From Rebecca billardiae RCC1528 (taxonomy: Eukaryota > Protista > Haptophyta), in the NCBI GenBank assembly GCA_965240325.2, contig OZ251242.1:310001-374000 (forward strand): 64,000 bases of DNA. Reading direction: 5' to 3'. The notes under the pieces are model-generated. The model was not told where the DNA came from and made no database searches. It saw nothing but the letters and a program-made list of their open reading frames with translations. Positions within the stretch are counted from its first letter, which is position 1, and the number at the start of each line of letters is the position of its first letter. Shown piece after piece: positions 43,268-61,900 of this stretch. Position numbers and translations under genes: made by a program.

Positions 43268-45638
43268 ATGGCCCGCATCCCCGACGTGGACGAGCCCCAG
43301 GCCGCATCGGCCTCGAATGGCCCAACCGCCGCCGCGCGCACCGCCTCGATGCCCCCACCATCCGCGCGGACCAACGGGCCGAGCGCCGCGGCGAAGGGCG
43401 GCTCCGGTTTGACGCGGCCCTCGTCGCAGGCGCCGTCGCAGTCGCCGGCCGTGCGCTCGCTGAAGCGGCACCACTCGTCGTCGCTGCTCGAGGGCCGCTC
43501 GGCCAAGCTCATCCGCGAGGAGCACGCCAAGGCACACGTGCACGCCGCCGTGCACGCGCCGAACGTGCAGCACGCGGCGGTGCGCCCGTACAACCTCGAG
43601 CTCAAGGCAGGCGAGAAGCAGCCGGGGATGAAGCCGGTGCCGTCGGCCCCGGCGGGGCTGGACAAGCTCGCGAAGCAGCAGCAGCAGATCCGCATGCGCC
43701 AGGCGCAGCGCACCGCCTCCTCCCTCGGCCGCCGAGGCTCGTCGTCGCTCGGGCCTGGTGGCATGGCGGTCGCGGCCGCGGCCGCCGCCGCCGCCCAGGC
43801 GGCGGCGGACTCGGCGGCGGCGGCGGCGGGGCCGCCAACGCCGGGGAAGGGCGGCGGCGGCGGCAAGCTCGCCGTGCGCCGGCGCTGGCGCGAGCCCAAG
43901 CTGGGCAAGTGCTTCTTCCCCCTCGACTCGACGTCGGAGTCGGCGCTGCTCAAGTACAGGCAGGCCTACAGAGCCTTCCGGACTGGCGCGGCGAAGGGCG
44001 CCAAGGGCGAGGCGTGCACGACGATCTACCGCGTGCAGCGGCACAAGAACGTGTGGCGGCTGCGCGCATCCGACTTCTACCGCAACATCGCCACGGCCGA
44101 GGGCTTCTCGCTCACGCCGCCCGTGCCGCTCGCCGACGCTCGCAGGGCCTCGATCGCGGTGATGCCCGAGGGTGCGCCCGCGGCCGCGGAGCGCGCCGCG
44201 GAGCCCGCAGCGGCGGCGGCGCCCGCGGCGGAGCCGGATGCCGCGGCGTGGATGCTCGGGTACAAGCCCGCGTCGCTCTTCACCCAGCTCTTCGCCCTCG
44301 GCCGCGAGCTCGGCAACGGCCACTTCTCCACCGTGCTGCACGCCACCCTCCGCGCGGACGCGCCGTGCGATGAGGGCGAGTACCCGGAGGAGGTCGCGGT
44401 CAAAAAGATTGCCAAGCCGAGCGACGAGCAGACGCAGCGGCTGCTCGCGCGCGAGGTGGAGATCTGCGTGCAGCTGTCGCACTCGCAGGCCGCGCCCGCC
44501 TTCTGCAAGCTCATCGACCGCTTCGAGGACGACGAGCACCTCTTCCTCGTCATGGAGGTGAGATTGCGCCCAGATTGCGCCCAGATTGCGCCCAGATTGC
44601 GCCCAGATTGCGCCCAGATTGCGCCCAGATTGCGCCCAGATTGCGCCCAGATTGCGCCCAGATTGCGCCCAGATTGCGCCCAGATTGCGCCCAGATTGCG
44701 CCCAGGGCGAGGCGCGCGCGCGTGCGCGCGGTTCGGGCGGCGGGCGCGCCCCGTGTGCGGTAGGGCCGCGCAGGGCGGCGTGTGCGCGTGTATGTGCGTG
44801 GAGGCCATGCCCCGCGTGCAAAGGCCGCGAGGGGGGTGGCCTGCGTGTCGCCGTGGCGGGTACCGTGTGCGCACCGGCCGCCCCACGTCGCACCCGCTGG
44901 CTGACACGCGCGCCGCGCTCACGCCGCGTCTCGGCCCCGCGCGCGCCCCAGCTGTGCGATGGCGGCGAGCTGTACGACCGCATCATCGACGTGCACGGCG
45001 GCCAGTACCCGGAGCCACTCGCGCGCACGCTGATGCGCCAGCTCTTCGAGGGCGTCAACCAGCTGCACGCCCTCGGCGTGATCCACCGAGATCTCAAGGT
45101 GGGAGATTGCGCCGAGAGTGCGCGGAGATTGCGCGCGCGCGCGTGTCGCGCTGCATGGCGTCTCACCGCGCCGCCGCGCTTCCCGCACCCCCGGCCCGCC
45201 GCGCCTTTCCCCGCCGCCCAGGTGGAGAACGTCCTCTTCGTCGACCGCTCGGACGAGTGCCCGCCCAAGATCTCCGATTTTGGGCTGTCGCGCGTCGTGC
45301 AGAACCCGTCCGAGCGCGTCATGTACACGGGCTGCGGCACGGTCGGCTACACCGCGCCGGAGATCATCGGGCGGAAACCGTACGGCGCGAAGGTGGACAT
45401 CTTCGCGCTCGGCGTGATCGCGTACATCGTGCTCTCGGGCACCGAGCCCTTCACGGGAGACAACGACATGGAGACGGCGCAGCGCACGACCGCGGGCGAG
45501 TACTATCTGGACGGCGAGGAGTGGGACACCGTCTCGGACGCGGCCAAGGACCTGATCCGCCTCTGCCTCGCGGAGGAGCCGGACGAGAGGCCGACCGCGA
45601 CGGAGGCGCTGCAGCACGAGTGGCTGCTCAACGCGTGA
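43268..45638 (+). CDS. CAMK-group Ser/Thr protein kinase with long N-terminal extension; exons 43268-44557, 44952-45098, 45222-45638
   Basis: LGNGHFSTV, VAVKKI, LVME/LCDGGELYDRI, HRDLK/VEN, SDFGLS, CGTVGYTAPE, DIFALG. Confidence 0.92.
44561..44705 (+). repeat. Intronic 11-bp minisatellite (AGATTGCGCCC)x13
   Basis: Perfect tandem array starting 3 nt into the intron. Confidence 0.97.
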
Positions 45639-46218
45639 GCAGCGGCCTGCGGAGTGTTGATCGCCGCATATTCTTGTGCAGTAGGCGCGGAGCATCAGCA
45701 TGCGTGCCCGTGTTCTCTGCGACCGATGTGTCTCGTGTACAGGTGTCGGAGCTGCATCACTCACCGATGCGCTGCATCATCGGCATGATGATGGGGAATG
45801 ACGATTGACGAGCTAAGCGCGATGCCGACGATGATGAAGTTGATATGAGTACGACGAGCCGCCACGCGGCACGCCGTCTCGGTGCACTCACTCAGACGGT
45901 GCAGCCTCGTCGGGCTGTCACGGCACTCTCACTATCTCAGATCGCGCCGCCGCCGGAGGCCGCCGTGCGCCGCGTGCGGCTCAGCCGGCGGGCGTGGCAC
46001 CGAGTTCGGACCCGGGACTCGGAAGTCGGAACCGCCGCCTAGCCGCCTAGCGTCACAATCAATAATATATATATAGCTAGATATAATTATAAATAGGGGT
46101 GTACTGATTACTATAATAATATATATATTGTAATATAGACTCTATATAATATATTCGGCCGCCGGCGCCTCCGAAGGCGGATGCGAGTAGTCGTCCTGGT
46201 CATAGAGTCTATACGCAT

Positions 46219-48081
46219 TTAAGTCGTCATACTCATAGAGCCTGCACTCCGGCAAGCGCACGTCGTCCGCAGCTCGCGCAGCAAGGCCTTCCTGATCACG
46301 TCCATCCCTTCGCGGCCATCGTTCAACAATCCTTGGTTGCTGCGACCTGGCGTTGTGAGCACGTTGGCATCCTCGGCAGGCGCAGTGCCGGCCAGCGCAT
46401 ACAGCACGTCTTCCGTCGGCGGAAACTTGCCCTGAGCAAAGCCACCACCCCGCCGCACGCAACGGCTGTGCAGCATTGTGCTGGGCATGCTGAGCACGGA
46501 CATGTTCAGCCAGTCCCTTGCCTCCTGCACTCTCGTGTCGACCCCCTCGACCAGCTTCCATTCGCGGCTCAGCACCGCGAACGCCGAGCACTCGCTCTGG
46601 ATCACGAGGCTGCGCCTCGGGCTCTCCGCTGGCACCTTGCCCAGCAGCATCTGCCCCAAACTCACGCTGTCGGGCGCCTCACCCGAGCCGAGCTCGGTGC
46701 CAGCAATCTCAGCGAGCGTGGCGTACACGTCAATGGCGGAGACTAGCTCGTCGGAAACGTGCCCAGGCTGGATGCGACGCGGCCATCGCATCATCATCGG
46801 CACCCGCACGCCGCCCTCCCAATAAGTGCCCTTGTGCCCGCGGAAATGGCCGTTGATCTTCAGCCCTGCGGCCCTAGCTGCCTTCTTCGGACCGCCGCCG
46901 CCGAGGACGCCTCCATTGTCGCTGACAAATACAACCAGCGTGTCGAGGGCGAGCGTCCCGTGCTGTGAGGGGCCCTTGCGATGCTCCAGAAACTCGAGGA
47001 GCCGCCCGACTGCCCAGTCGAGCTCATTCACAAAGTCGCCATACTTGCCGGCGGCGCTGCCGCAGTGGCCGCACTGGACACACGGCGCGATCGGGGAGTG
47101 GACCGCAGTTGTCGCAAAGTACAGGAAGAAGGGGCGGTGAGCTACCTGCTCCAGCCATTCGAGCGCGCGCGTCACGAGCGTGTCTGTCACCCACTCCCCG
47201 GGCTCGGCGCCCACGCCAGCTCGGCTGCGCCTGGGTAGGAGGGAGGATGGCGGTGCGCGTTTGGGGCACGGCGAGACCCGCCGCGCGCTCGTGGCCACAT
47301 TCTTGGCCTCCTCCTCCTCCCTGAGCTTCTCCTCCTTTCGGCGCCACGCCTTGCGCTGCCCGAGCCGAGCTGCCATTGCGTCCGCGTCGTCCCGGAGCCT
47401 CTCCTCCGCCTTGTGCCATACCTTGCCCCGGTGGTGCTTGAGCCAGGGCCAGGGCCGGAGCGCTCGACCTCTCTTCTTGCGCACTTCGAGCTGCGGCATG
47501 AGCGGCTCGCCCACCACCGTGTGATTCTCGACGAAGACTGAGCTGTTCTCGTGGATGGTGGATGGGAGGCCGAAGAAGTAATCGAAGCCCAGCTCGATCG
47601 GGCCCGGGGACAGCTGCTTCGACCGGATCGTCTCCGGCCCCACGTCGCCCACGCCGAGGCCAAGGTGCCACTTGCCGATCGCGGCAGTTGCATAGCCGGC
47701 ACGGCGCATCATCGATGCAACCGTTGGCCTGTCCACCTCGATCGAGAGCGGATCGAAGGGTTGGAGCACCGCCCCACTCTTGTGTGCAGAGCGCCACATG
47801 TACCGCCCGGTCATGATGGCGTACCGGCTCGGCGAGCACACCGAGCTCGTCGTGTACGCTCTCGTGAAGCGAATGCCGTCGGCGCCGATACGATCCATGT
47901 GCTCGGTTCGAATGAGGGTGCTGGGCGCGCCGTACGCGTTGGTGGAGCCGTAGCCGTGATCGTCCGAGACGATCAGCACGACACCGTGCGGCGCCCGTGC
48001 GCTGTCCACCGCGCAGTCTCCCGGCAGGCCCGCGAGAAGCAGAGTTAGGACCACGCATCGGGCCCGCCCGCGCGGCGCCAT
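46219..48081 (-). CDS. Formylglycine-dependent sulfatase (arylsulfatase-like), with signal peptide
   Basis: SDDHGYG, CSPSR (CxPxR), TGRY, GKWHLG, GFDYFFG, SDNG, KGTYWEGGVRVP. A short in-frame intron near 47220-47300 is possible. Confidence 0.92.
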   Translation of the reverse strand: MAPRGRARCVVLTLLLAGLPGDCAVDSARAPHGVVLIVSDDHGYGSTNAYGAPSTLIRTEHMDRIGADGIRFTRAYTTSSVCSPSRYAIMTGRYMWRSAHKSGAVLQPFDPLSIEVDRPTVASMMRRAGYATAAIGKWHLGLGVGDVGPETIRSKQLSPGPIELGFDYFFGLPSTIHENSSVFVENHTVVGEPLMPQLEVRKKRGRALRPWPWLKHHRGKVWHKAEERLRDDADAMAARLGQRKAWRRKEEKLREEEEAKNVATSARRVSPCPKRAPPSSLLPRRSRAGVGAEPGEWVTDTLVTRALEWLEQVAHRPFFLYFATTAVHSPIAPCVQCGHCGSAAGKYGDFVNELDWAVGRLLEFLEHRKGPSQHGTLALDTLVVFVSDNGGVLGGGGPKKAARAAGLKINGHFRGHKGTYWEGGVRVPMMMRWPRRIQPGHVSDELVSAIDVYATLAEIAGTELGSGEAPDSVSLGQMLLGKVPAESPRRSLVIQSECSAFAVLSREWKLVEGVDTRVQEARDWLNMSVLSMPSTMLHSRCVRRGGGFAQGKFPPTEDVLYALAGTAPAEDANVLTTPGRSNQGLLNDGREGMDVIRKALLRELRTTCACRSAGSMSMTT

Positions 48082-51047
48082 TGCCCCTCGCCGGTCTGGG
48101 TAGTATGGGGGAGAACCCCTTTCATTCCTTTATTGAGTAGACCGCCGTAAACTGTATTAATAGCTGCTCCTTTCCGTCTTATAATTGTTTCCGATCGAAC
48201 TGACTAATTCTATGATTTAAAGACACAGGCACGAGGGCGCAGCTCTCCTGATTCGTCTGTCGACTGCTCGGACCATCAATGTACGTACCGGTACAATACT
48301 GGATGCGGACGTTCCGCCTCCAACTGACCCTGCTGAGTAGTGCTGGCTGCAGCCTGTACATCCCGCGGCCGGCGCATTCAACATCACTAGCTTACTAGAG
48401 AGTGAGTTGCAGCCGCCGCTGCACGCCGGCGGCAGTTCAGCACGACTACTACCTCGTTCTGATTCAGCGCGTTGATAGCGGCAATCTCGGCCAATCTGAC
48501 AGCGCAGTGCGGACAGCGTTGGCAACTCTGCCGTTGTGACTCAGACTCGCTGTCTCGCTGCAGACGACGACCGTGCCGGCATGCGACACGTGTGACGTGC
48601 CAGCGAGGACTTAATTCAATTCAGACAATGATAATAACTCATCACAGTGATCGGTTAGCTGGTAGCAGCCGTCAAGACAGTCACCGCTGGTCGTCATGCC
48701 AGGCAGCTGCGGTGCCACGGTCCCGAGTGCTGCTGACGCTGGGGCGGGGCGTGGCAGCCTGCCCGTGCGGTGCGGTGACAACTGACAACTGCGCAGAGCA
48801 CGCATCAAGCGCACGCCGGCCGGGCTGTCACTATGACAGTGAGTCACTGAACCGCTCTGATTGGAGTAGGACCATTGGCGGACGGCCGTGCCGCGAACAG
48901 TTGCAGGCGACGCCCCGGGTGCGCAGATCCAGTCGAGCAACACTGATCGGCACGCCGCCGTCGAGAGTTGCAGCAGCAGGGGCAGGCAGCCAGGTGACAA
49001 CCGCGCAGGGCACGGCATGCAGCAAGCGTGCGCGCGGCTATTGAGCCTCGGACTCGGTACGGGGCTTATGGTGGACGGCCGTAAATTATAGCTGCGCACC
49101 GACTGACTAGTGACGACTGTCAGCGATTCGTGGACGCGAACGAATTATATGATATATACGACGAAGACTGCTCCGCATCATCATCGTCCCGGATCATCGT
49201 CAATGCTGGTAACCGCGGCGGAACCGCCGTGAGGCTGCGGAACGGCGCTTGACTGCATGCTCATCTGCGCGCGCGCGATATATATGCTCCGAGGCTCCGC
49301 GTCCGGACCGACTCGTAACACTCGGAAGTAGACTCTGAGTCTCCCGCTCCTCAGACGATCTGAGTAGTCCGCGCCTGTCGCGACATATATTTTAATAAAT
49401 GGCATGCAGCGACGATGAATTATATATGTTATTAATATGTGATGACGGTCGTCACCGTTCAGCCGCACCAGGCTTGAGGCTTCAATCCACCTTGACTGCC
49501 CCCCAGCCCCGTTTTTGGCCGCACGATTGCGAATCTCAGAGTTACTTGGCCAGTCAATGTTTAGAGTTTTGAAGAAGGCGAAAGACTATCTGGCGGCCGA
49601 AACGAGGGACGGCTGTCCCGATGGCGTTCCGGCCGCGAAGTCCGCCGGTGCCTTGCACGAGGGCGGCCGATCAGTGGCGCCTAGCCCGGTCGTCCGCGCG
49701 GTTGCGTCAGCGTACGCGCCATGTGTGTGCCCCCCGCTGTCACGGCATGTTGTGCGCCAGCACCGTGGGAGCTCCTCGCCTGTTCCTGTCACTCACGGCC
49801 AAGCGACGGTGCAGAGATCTTCCGAGTCCGAGCCCGCGACTGCTGAACTTCTGTGATACGTGTGCGAATCCTTGCAGAAAAGCACGCTCTGCTCCCGCAA
49901 ATCTACCTGGCGAACGTGCGCTGGTGTCAATGCTTCACGCAGTGCACAAATGCCATGGCGAATCAGTCTTCCCTGCGTGTCACAGGCCTTGGCGTTTGCA
50001 CAACGACAAGCTAACGGAGTAACGAGTCCCGACGAGCTGCGTATGGCTGTGGTCGCATGTAGTGTGGGCGTCGAACGCCGGAGAAGGTGGTGGCTGAAGG
50101 CGATAGAAGTATGCTCTCCCATCGGGTACAAGCCAGGCTTGGAAGACGTCTGCTTGCATCACACACACAGCTTACGCCGACCCGTGCGACGTGAAGCGCC
50201 TCAAGCGTGACGGAAGCAACCCAAGGTGCGCGCAAGGCGTGAGGAGCAGGGTGATCTAACCTTACGCGGGCCTGCTCATCTAGCAGCGCACTCAGTAGAT
50301 CGCCCCCGTCCTCAGGCGCACGATGACCACCGAATCGTGAATGTGTAGACGCTGACGCGTGCCAGCTTGCGGCGAGCAGCGACCAGTGCCGCGGACTCGG
50401 GCCTCGCGCAAGAACAAGCAGGTTTTTTTGGCGCGGAGGACGCTAGCATGACCTGCACGTACAGCGGGGAGATTGTTTGCAAGGCGTGCCCTACATACAG
50501 CTCGCGTGCCCCTCAGATATCCCGCGCGGAGAACGTCAGCAGCCCAGCATCGCAGTCCGCGCCGCAGCCCCAACCACTCAGCTCCGCCCCTCGCCCACCA
50601 CGAGACGGCGAGATACCGACGTTCGCGAAGTGGAACGGAGCGAGCATCCATTTCCGATTGGGGCTCGCGGGGGCCGATGTGATCATTTTTCATTGAGCGA
50701 AGCCCGAGCTGGCTTCCCATTGGACGGATTGGCGGCTGCGCTACTCCGCAAGGCGAAACACTTACAGCTTCACATCCCGAAAATGCAAGTTTGGACAATA
50801 GAGTGAGGCACCCTCCTCCAATGAAATTGCTGAAAATACCGACGAAACTTTACTCGCACGTGCGGGTACACGCAATCTCCGGGAGATGTGGCCATTTCCG
50901 CCCACTGGGGCCATTCAAGGTGACTAGCTTGACACTTATAAGACTCGTCTCCGAACTTATCTCGTCAGACTCTCCGGGGGTGATGGAGCGGGCTGGGCAC
51001 GGGCCACGGCTATTGCCACTCCTTCACTCAGCCGAGTGACTGCTTAC

Positions 51048-52448
51048 TTATGCAGCCGTGGTCGGCGGCGGCAGCACCACCTCCGGGTGGAACGCCGGGC
51101 AGCGCTCCTTGAACGCGCACCAGTCGCACAGGGGGCCGGTCTTGGGCTCGAAGACGTGGGTCGCGGCGGCGCGCGAGATCTCGCGCGCCACCGCGAGCAG
51201 CTCCGCGCGCGTGCGCGCGAGCTCCGCCTCGGCGTGCGGCTGCTCCAGCACCGTCGGCCCCTGCAGATACAGCAGCCGCAGCCGCGCGGGCGTCTCGCCC
51301 AGCTGCTCGGATGCGAGGAGCGCATACACGCGCAGCTGAAAGAAGGCGTCGTCGAGGATGCGCGCGTTGGTGGCCTGCGCGTACTTGAGCGCGGGCGCCT
51401 TGCCCGTCTTGTAGTCCACCACCGCCAGCGCCCCGCCGTCCGCCTCCGACCTGTCCACGCGGTCGAGCACGCCGGTGAACGGCACAGGCGGCGCGGCGGG
51501 CGCGCTCGGGTCGGCCAGCTTGACGTTCAGCTTCTGCTCGAGGGCGACGGGCTCGAGCGCGGCGGGCGACTCGAGCTGCAGGTAGTTGACGAGGTACCCG
51601 CGCGTGCGCTCGAGCCACGCGCCCTCGCCCAGCTCGCTCGCGCGCACCGGCTCGGCGTAAAATCGCTTCGCGAGCAGCGCGCTCCACTCCCGGTCGAGCA
51701 GCCGCAGCAGCGACCCCTCGTCACGCTCGGCGGCGGGCAGCTCGTACAGGTGCTGCAGCGCGGCGTGCGCGGCGATGCCGACGGTCATCTCGGGCGAGGG
51801 CGGCGAGGGCAGCTTGTCCACGTACCGGAAGCGGAAGAGCAGCGCGCACTGCCGCCACGTGTCGATCGAGGACGGCGAGAAGGCGCGCGGCAGCCGCGCG
51901 GGCACTGGCTGCACGGCGGCCGGAGCGATGGCCGCGGCTTGGACGGGGGCGTGCGCGAGTGGCGGCGGCTGCTGCGGCGGGCGCGGGGGCTCCGGCGCCT
52001 GCTGCGCGACCACCGCCTCGGGTGCCGCCACAGCGGGCCCGGGCCCGGGCGCACCGGCCGCCGCGCCCGCGCCCGCGCCAGGCACAAGGGCGATCGCCCG
52101 ATCTGCGGCGAGCATGTTGAGGTGCGCCAGGACTGTGCGCGGATCGGCCTCGCCCGGCGGCAGCGCCCACGCGCGCTCGTCGGGCCGCCATCGGAAGCGC
52201 ATCTGCTTCAGCCCTTCCTTCACCGGGAACGTCGCGCCGCTCACGACGAGGCTGCCGTCGTCGCCGAGCGCGTACACAATCTCACGCGCGCTCGGCCGCG
52301 GCGCGCTGTTCGTCAGCGGCGTTGACGGCGGCGGCGCGGCCGACGCGAGTGCGAGCGCGCGGCGAGTGCTCCGCCAGGCCGAGCCGAGGCCCGCGAGCCG
52401 GGAGCCGTGCCACGTGAGCCCGCCGACGACGAGCGCGTTGAGCAGCAT
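51048..52448 (-). CDS. RecB/Cas4-like PD-(D/E)XK nuclease with predicted Fe-S cysteines, probably organelle-targeted
   Basis: SPSSIDTWRQC, GIAAH, E..GVLDRVD..VVDYKTG, QLRVY, LCDWCAFKERCP; Arg/Ser/Ala-rich N-terminus. Confidence 0.88.
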   Translation of the reverse strand: MLLNALVVGGLTWHGSRLAGLGSAWRSTRRALALASAAPPPSTPLTNSAPRPSAREIVYALGDDGSLVVSGATFPVKEGLKQMRFRWRPDERAWALPPGEADPRTVLAHLNMLAADRAIALVPGAGAGAAAGAPGPGPAVAAPEAVVAQQAPEPPRPPQQPPPLAHAPVQAAAIAPAAVQPVPARLPRAFSPSSIDTWRQCALLFRFRYVDKLPSPPSPEMTVGIAAHAALQHLYELPAAERDEGSLLRLLDREWSALLAKRFYAEPVRASELGEGAWLERTRGYLVNYLQLESPAALEPVALEQKLNVKLADPSAPAAPPVPFTGVLDRVDRSEADGGALAVVDYKTGKAPALKYAQATNARILDDAFFQLRVYALLASEQLGETPARLRLLYLQGPTVLEQPHAEAELARTRAELLAVAREISRAAATHVFEPKTGPLCDWCAFKERCPAFHPEVVLPPPTTAA

Positions 52449-52653
52449 GCCGCGGTGCACGCCGCGCGTGGCGCGTCCACCGGTGCGCTGTGCGTGACTG
52501 CGTGAGCACCGGTGGAGCAGAGTCCGGGGACTCTTGCAAGCTCCACAGTCCGGAGCACGGCCGCCATTGTTGCCCCCGGCACGTGGCACAGCCACAGCGT
52601 GGGGAGCTTGGGCTTGCGTGTAGCGCCCGCGTGTCGCTGCCAGTGCTGCGAGC

Positions 52654-53601
52654 ATGGGTGTGCGCGGGAGGAAGTGCGGGCTCAAGCGCATCAATGCGCC
52701 GAGGCACTGGATGCTCGACAAGATGGGCGGCGTGTGGGCCCCCAAGCCCTCGTCGGGCCCGCACAAGTCGCGCGAGTGCGTGCCGCTCATCGTGCTGCTC
52801 CGTAACCGGCTCAAGTACGCGCTCACGTATCACGAGGCGAAGATGATCGTGAAGCAGCGGCTCGTCTCGGTGGACGGCAAGGCGCGCACGGACATGCGCT
52901 ACCCGGCGGGCTTCATGGGTGCGCGCGCAGCCCGCGCAGACCGCCGCCCGCCGTGCGCAGCCTGCACGCGAGGGGACGCGCGCGCCTTGCGTGCCGCTCC
53001 GCTCCGCACGAGCGCTCACGCGCGCTCCGCGCCGCGGCACCTCGCGCCGCACGCCTCGCGCCGCCGACCGCGCGCGCGCGCAGACGTGGTGAGCTTGGAC
53101 AAGACGGATGAGCACTTCCGCCTGCTGTACGACGTGCGCGGCCGCTTCGCCATCCACCGCATCCAGGCGGAGGAGGCGAAGTACAAGCTGTGCCGCGTGC
53201 GCGAGGTGAAGGTCGGCGCCAAGAAGGTGCCGTACGTGGTCACGCACGACGGGCGCACGGTGCGGTACCCGGACCCGCAGATCAAGACGAACGACACGAT
53301 CAAGCTCGACATCGCCACGGGCAAGATCACCGACTTCTTCAAGTTCGAGTCGGGCAACCTGGCGATGGTGATCGGCGGCAAGAACACAGGGCGCGTGGGC
53401 GTGGTCACGCACCGCGAGCGCCACCCCGGCTCGTTCGAGATCGTGTACATCAAGGACACGAACGGCCACTCGTTCGCGACGCGGATGCAGTACGTCTTCG
53501 TCATCGGCAAGGGCAACCGCCCCTTCGTCTCGCTGCCCAAGAGCAAGGGCATCAAGCTCTCGATTGTCGAGCAGCGCGAGAAGCGCCCGCCCAAGAACTA
53601 G
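52654..53601 (+). CDS. RPS4: 40S ribosomal protein S4 (eS4); intron 52919-53083
   Basis: [63 protein letters not shown]. Confidence 0.97.
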   Translation: MGVRGRKCGLKRINAPRHWMLDKMGGVWAPKPSSGPHKSRECVPLIVLLRNRLKYALTYHEAKMIVKQRLVSVDGKARTDMRYPAGFMGARAARADRRPPCAACTRGDARALRAAPLRTSAHARSAPRHLAPHASRRRPRARADVVSLDKTDEHFRLLYDVRGRFAIHRIQAEEAKYKLCRVREVKVGAKKVPYVVTHDGRTVRYPDPQIKTNDTIKLDIATGKITDFFKFESGNLAMVIGGKNTGRVGVVTHRERHPGSFEIVYIKDTNGHSFATRMQYVFVIGKGNRPFVSLPKSKGIKLSIVEQREKRPPKN

Positions 53602-53941
53602 GGCGCTCGCAGGCCGCTGCGGCCGCAGCGCGCGCTGCGGCCGCGGGCGCGGTGGCCGCGAGCGGCGGGCGTGGCGTGCGCGCCGGCGGCGGTGGCCGGC
53701 GTCGCCGGCAGCGCGAGCGGCGCGCCGAGCAGCTAATTCTGCGCGGTCGAGCGACTCCGCTGTGCACCTCGTGCTGTTGCGTTCGCCTCTGCCCGAGACG
53801 GGTGGCGGATGATCAACTTCACGTGCGTCTTTGTCGTTTCTGCTTCACGATTACAAAGTCTGCTGTTACCAGTCAGACGCGGGAAGAGTGGGACCGCCAT
53901 GCTCTGCTGCGACTCACTGACCAATGAAAGGCGCAGCACGC

Positions 53942-54160
53942 ATATATATAATATTATATATATATATATTTATTTATTAATTTAGAGAGAGAGAGAGACC
54001 GCGTCAGAGACGGCCGTCAGATGTCGGAGATGAGCCGCCTGTCCCCGCCTGAGAGAGACCGTCAGAGAGTACAGACTACAGAGAGAGAGAGTCCGAGTCC
54101 GAGACGGAGAGACTGCCGCTAATCTGAAATCTGAGAGACGAGACAGAGACGAGAGAGACC
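53942..54160. repeat. Eroded (TA)n and (GA)n microsatellite region
   Basis: TA run followed by interrupted GA-rich runs. Confidence 0.7.
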
Positions 54161-54879
54161 GTGAACCGACGGACGACTCTGAATCGGATGGAGAGTCTGC
54201 CAGGCCCAGAGTCTCGTCACGGATCGACGATCTATACTATAGTGTCGATTTGACGCGCCTATTCCGTGTCATCTGACTTTACTGACTTAGCGCAATCACT
54301 CCGAAAGTTGCTCCGAAGTCATCAGAGGCTTATTATAATCACTGATATGCTGCGCGCTACTAGTGCCTAGTAATTAGTATACATCTAGCTCTCGGACAGC
54401 AGTGAGTTCATCACAGAGTGACGGAGTTGTACCGTGTACGACTCTAATATAAATACTGCTATATAAATACTGCTGCCTAGGCATCACTCCGCGGCACTCA
54501 CTGGGCCGAGTTTCAGTTGGCCGAAGGCGGATCCGCGGAGGCACCGTAGCCGCTCGGCTACTAGCAGTGAAGTCTGAGGATGGCAACTGACACTGTACAG
54601 TCGGTCTAAGTGTACACGGTCACGCTGCATGACTCTGACATATGCCGAGTCGCCAGTGGAACTCAGCACGATCGGCCCATCGGCATCGGGCACCATCCAT
54701 CGTCACCGTCGTCCTCCGTCGCCCACGAGTGACTCGATGTGAGCACGCGGCAGTGCAGGCTATCATGCTGATGCAGGCGACTGCGGCGGCGATCGCGCGC
54801 GAGCAGCGTCGCACCAGCCGGCGATGCGCCGCCGCCGGGCGACCTCTCGGCGCGGCGTGGCGGCGGTGCTCGGCGCGTG

Positions 54880-61566
<6,687 letters not shown>

Positions 61567-61630
61567 CGATGATGTCTGCTGCTATAAGCTACATATGTAC
61601 AGGGTCCACGAACTACTGTACATGATGATG

Positions 61631-61768
61631 TCTCGCCTGACGAGCTGTGTGCAGCGTCTCGTATTCGTCGTCAGCTGAACTGACGGTGACAACTGTGTCA
61701 CGTACTACTACTGTCTGTACATCAGTTGACTAAGAATAAGAGACGCACACAGCTCAGGCAGGCGAGAT
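61631..61768. repeat. Inverted pair of the ~45-bp dispersed repeat (eroded + copy 61631-61682, well-preserved - copy 61723-61768)
   Basis: Reverse complement of 61723-61768 matches 5171-5216 with one mismatch. Confidence 0.75.
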
Positions 61769-61900
61769 GCATCGTACACGGCCGGACTGACGACGGCTTG
61801 AAAGAGCCGGATCGAGCGAGCGGCCGCCCGGTGGCAAAAGCTCCGCTCACCAAGCGGCCAGCTCAACGACCGGGCGTGCTCGACGGCTGTCCACTGCAGC

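Noticed and set aside
44561-44705. RLRPDCAQIAP peptide repeat within the kinase
   Set aside because: It lies inside a GT-AG intron whose removal restores the kinase subdomain LVME-LCDGGEL
61637-61665. Hammerhead ribozyme (CTGACGA-GCTG-TGTG-CAGC)
   Set aside because: The required GAAA after stem II is absent; better explained as an eroded repeat copy
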